Made by a program: the position numbers and the translations under genes
NCBI GenBank assembly: GCA_965153455.1
Contig: OZ234493.1
Location: 35,454,213 to 35,518,212, forward strand
DNA: 64,000 nt
Reading direction: 5' to 3'
Source of the DNA: Sphagnum compactum
Taxonomy: Eukaryota
Part shown: positions 63,896 through 64,000 of the stretch, one piece after another
Position numbering within the stretch: the first letter of the stretch is position 1
Layout: each line of letters starts with the position of its first letter
The notes under the pieces: model-generated
What the model was told of the DNA's origin: nothing
The model's database searches: none
What the model saw: the letters and a program-made list of their open reading frames with translations, nothing else

Positions 63896-64000
63896 GTATG
63901 TTTTCCAAGAGAATTGCAATGGCTGAGGTTGCAAACTGATGTCTGAATTGGGAAAATGTGTTTGTGATTTGTGTTGTGCAACCCACTACTGGACAAGGTG

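Overview
AT-rich, repeat-dense eukaryotic nuclear DNA from a land plant. A moss or other bryophyte is my inference from the repeat landscape and gene style, not something proven here. Three genes look intact: a single-exon ALOG/LSH-domain transcription factor (32656-33333, -), a two-exon RabA5-type Rab11 GTPase (42273-43395, -), and the first three exons of a probable taxilin-family coiled-coil gene (62127 onward, +, running off the window). Most of the rest is nested, decayed mobile DNA. It includes a Ty3/Gypsy element (~5.7-14.1 kb, -) with an extra ORF downstream of the integrase and a younger 820-bp solo LTR inserted into pol (TG..CA, 5-bp TSD). There is also an intron-containing CACTA transposase pseudogene with its right TIR, a candidate non-autonomous CACTA, a 5'-truncated RLE-type (CRE/R2-like) non-LTR retroelement with an 11-bp TSD, MITE-like elements, and a second truncated Gypsy copy (~56-60.2 kb, +). 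The most striking structure is a ~1.4-kb co-oriented mosaic of fragments from three unrelated genes at 47733-49116 (-): ABC1K8/OSA1-type kinase, OPT oligopeptide transporter and plastid adenylate kinase. Splice sites and an intron are retained, and a candidate Helitron 3' end lies nearby, which suggests transposon-mediated gene-fragment capture. All protein identities come from motif recognition by eye; no searches were run.
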